Below are positions 61,370 through 61,547 of a stretch of 61,547 bases of DNA, in pieces (within the stretch, counting starts at the first letter, position 1; every line of letters begins with the position of its first letter). Source of the DNA: Stylophora pistillata (taxonomy: Eukaryota). A program made the position numbers and the translations under genes. Location of the stretch: contig NW_019217949.1 of NCBI RefSeq assembly GCF_002571385.2, positions 118,529 through 180,075 of the forward strand, written 5' to 3'. The notes below the pieces were generated by a model. The model saw only the letters and a program-made list of their open reading frames with translations. It was not told the DNA's origin and ran no database searches.

Positions 61370-61547
61370 AAAAACTCGAACCAATCCTTTTAAAACAAAT
61401 GCTATTAGGGACCAGTGGGTGGGGAGATAATGTGGCTTTCAGGGGGGAACAGAGGGGGGAACAGTTGTCATCAATAGAGTAGGCACTTAAGAAACCACGA
61501 CGGCGACGGCAACGAGGACGTGGAAAAACAAGAGATCCAATTGCGTC

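Overview
AT-rich eukaryotic genomic DNA with GT-AG spliced genes. The repeat content (tRNA-derived SINE, Penelope-like retroelements, many palindromic MITEs) suggests a cnidarian, probably a stony coral; this is inference. Six genes were reconstructed by hand with consistent intron phases: (1) the 3' part of an unrecognised Pro/Tyr/Cys-rich gene (5-1433, +); (2, 3) two paralogous two-exon class A GPCRs sharing an intron position (6142-8084 and 31422-34081, +); (4) a 4-exon RERG/RASL-like small GTPase (17881-13459, -); (5) a 22-exon, ~1963-aa N-terminal-motor kinesin with a long coiled-coil tail (40790-61369, +); (6) an intronless 6-pyruvoyl-tetrahydropterin synthase (PTS, 42106-42561, +) nested on the same strand inside kinesin intron 2. 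The main non-coding signal is a set of eight minimal type-I hammerhead ribozyme motifs associated with Penelope-like ends. They include compensated U3-A8 core variants, a tandem pair and two inverted pairs. There is also a 749-bp foldback element with a 9-bp TSD and a Harbinger derivative with a MADF remnant. No CRISPR, rRNA or prokaryotic features were seen. All family assignments come from motif recognition; no database searches were run.
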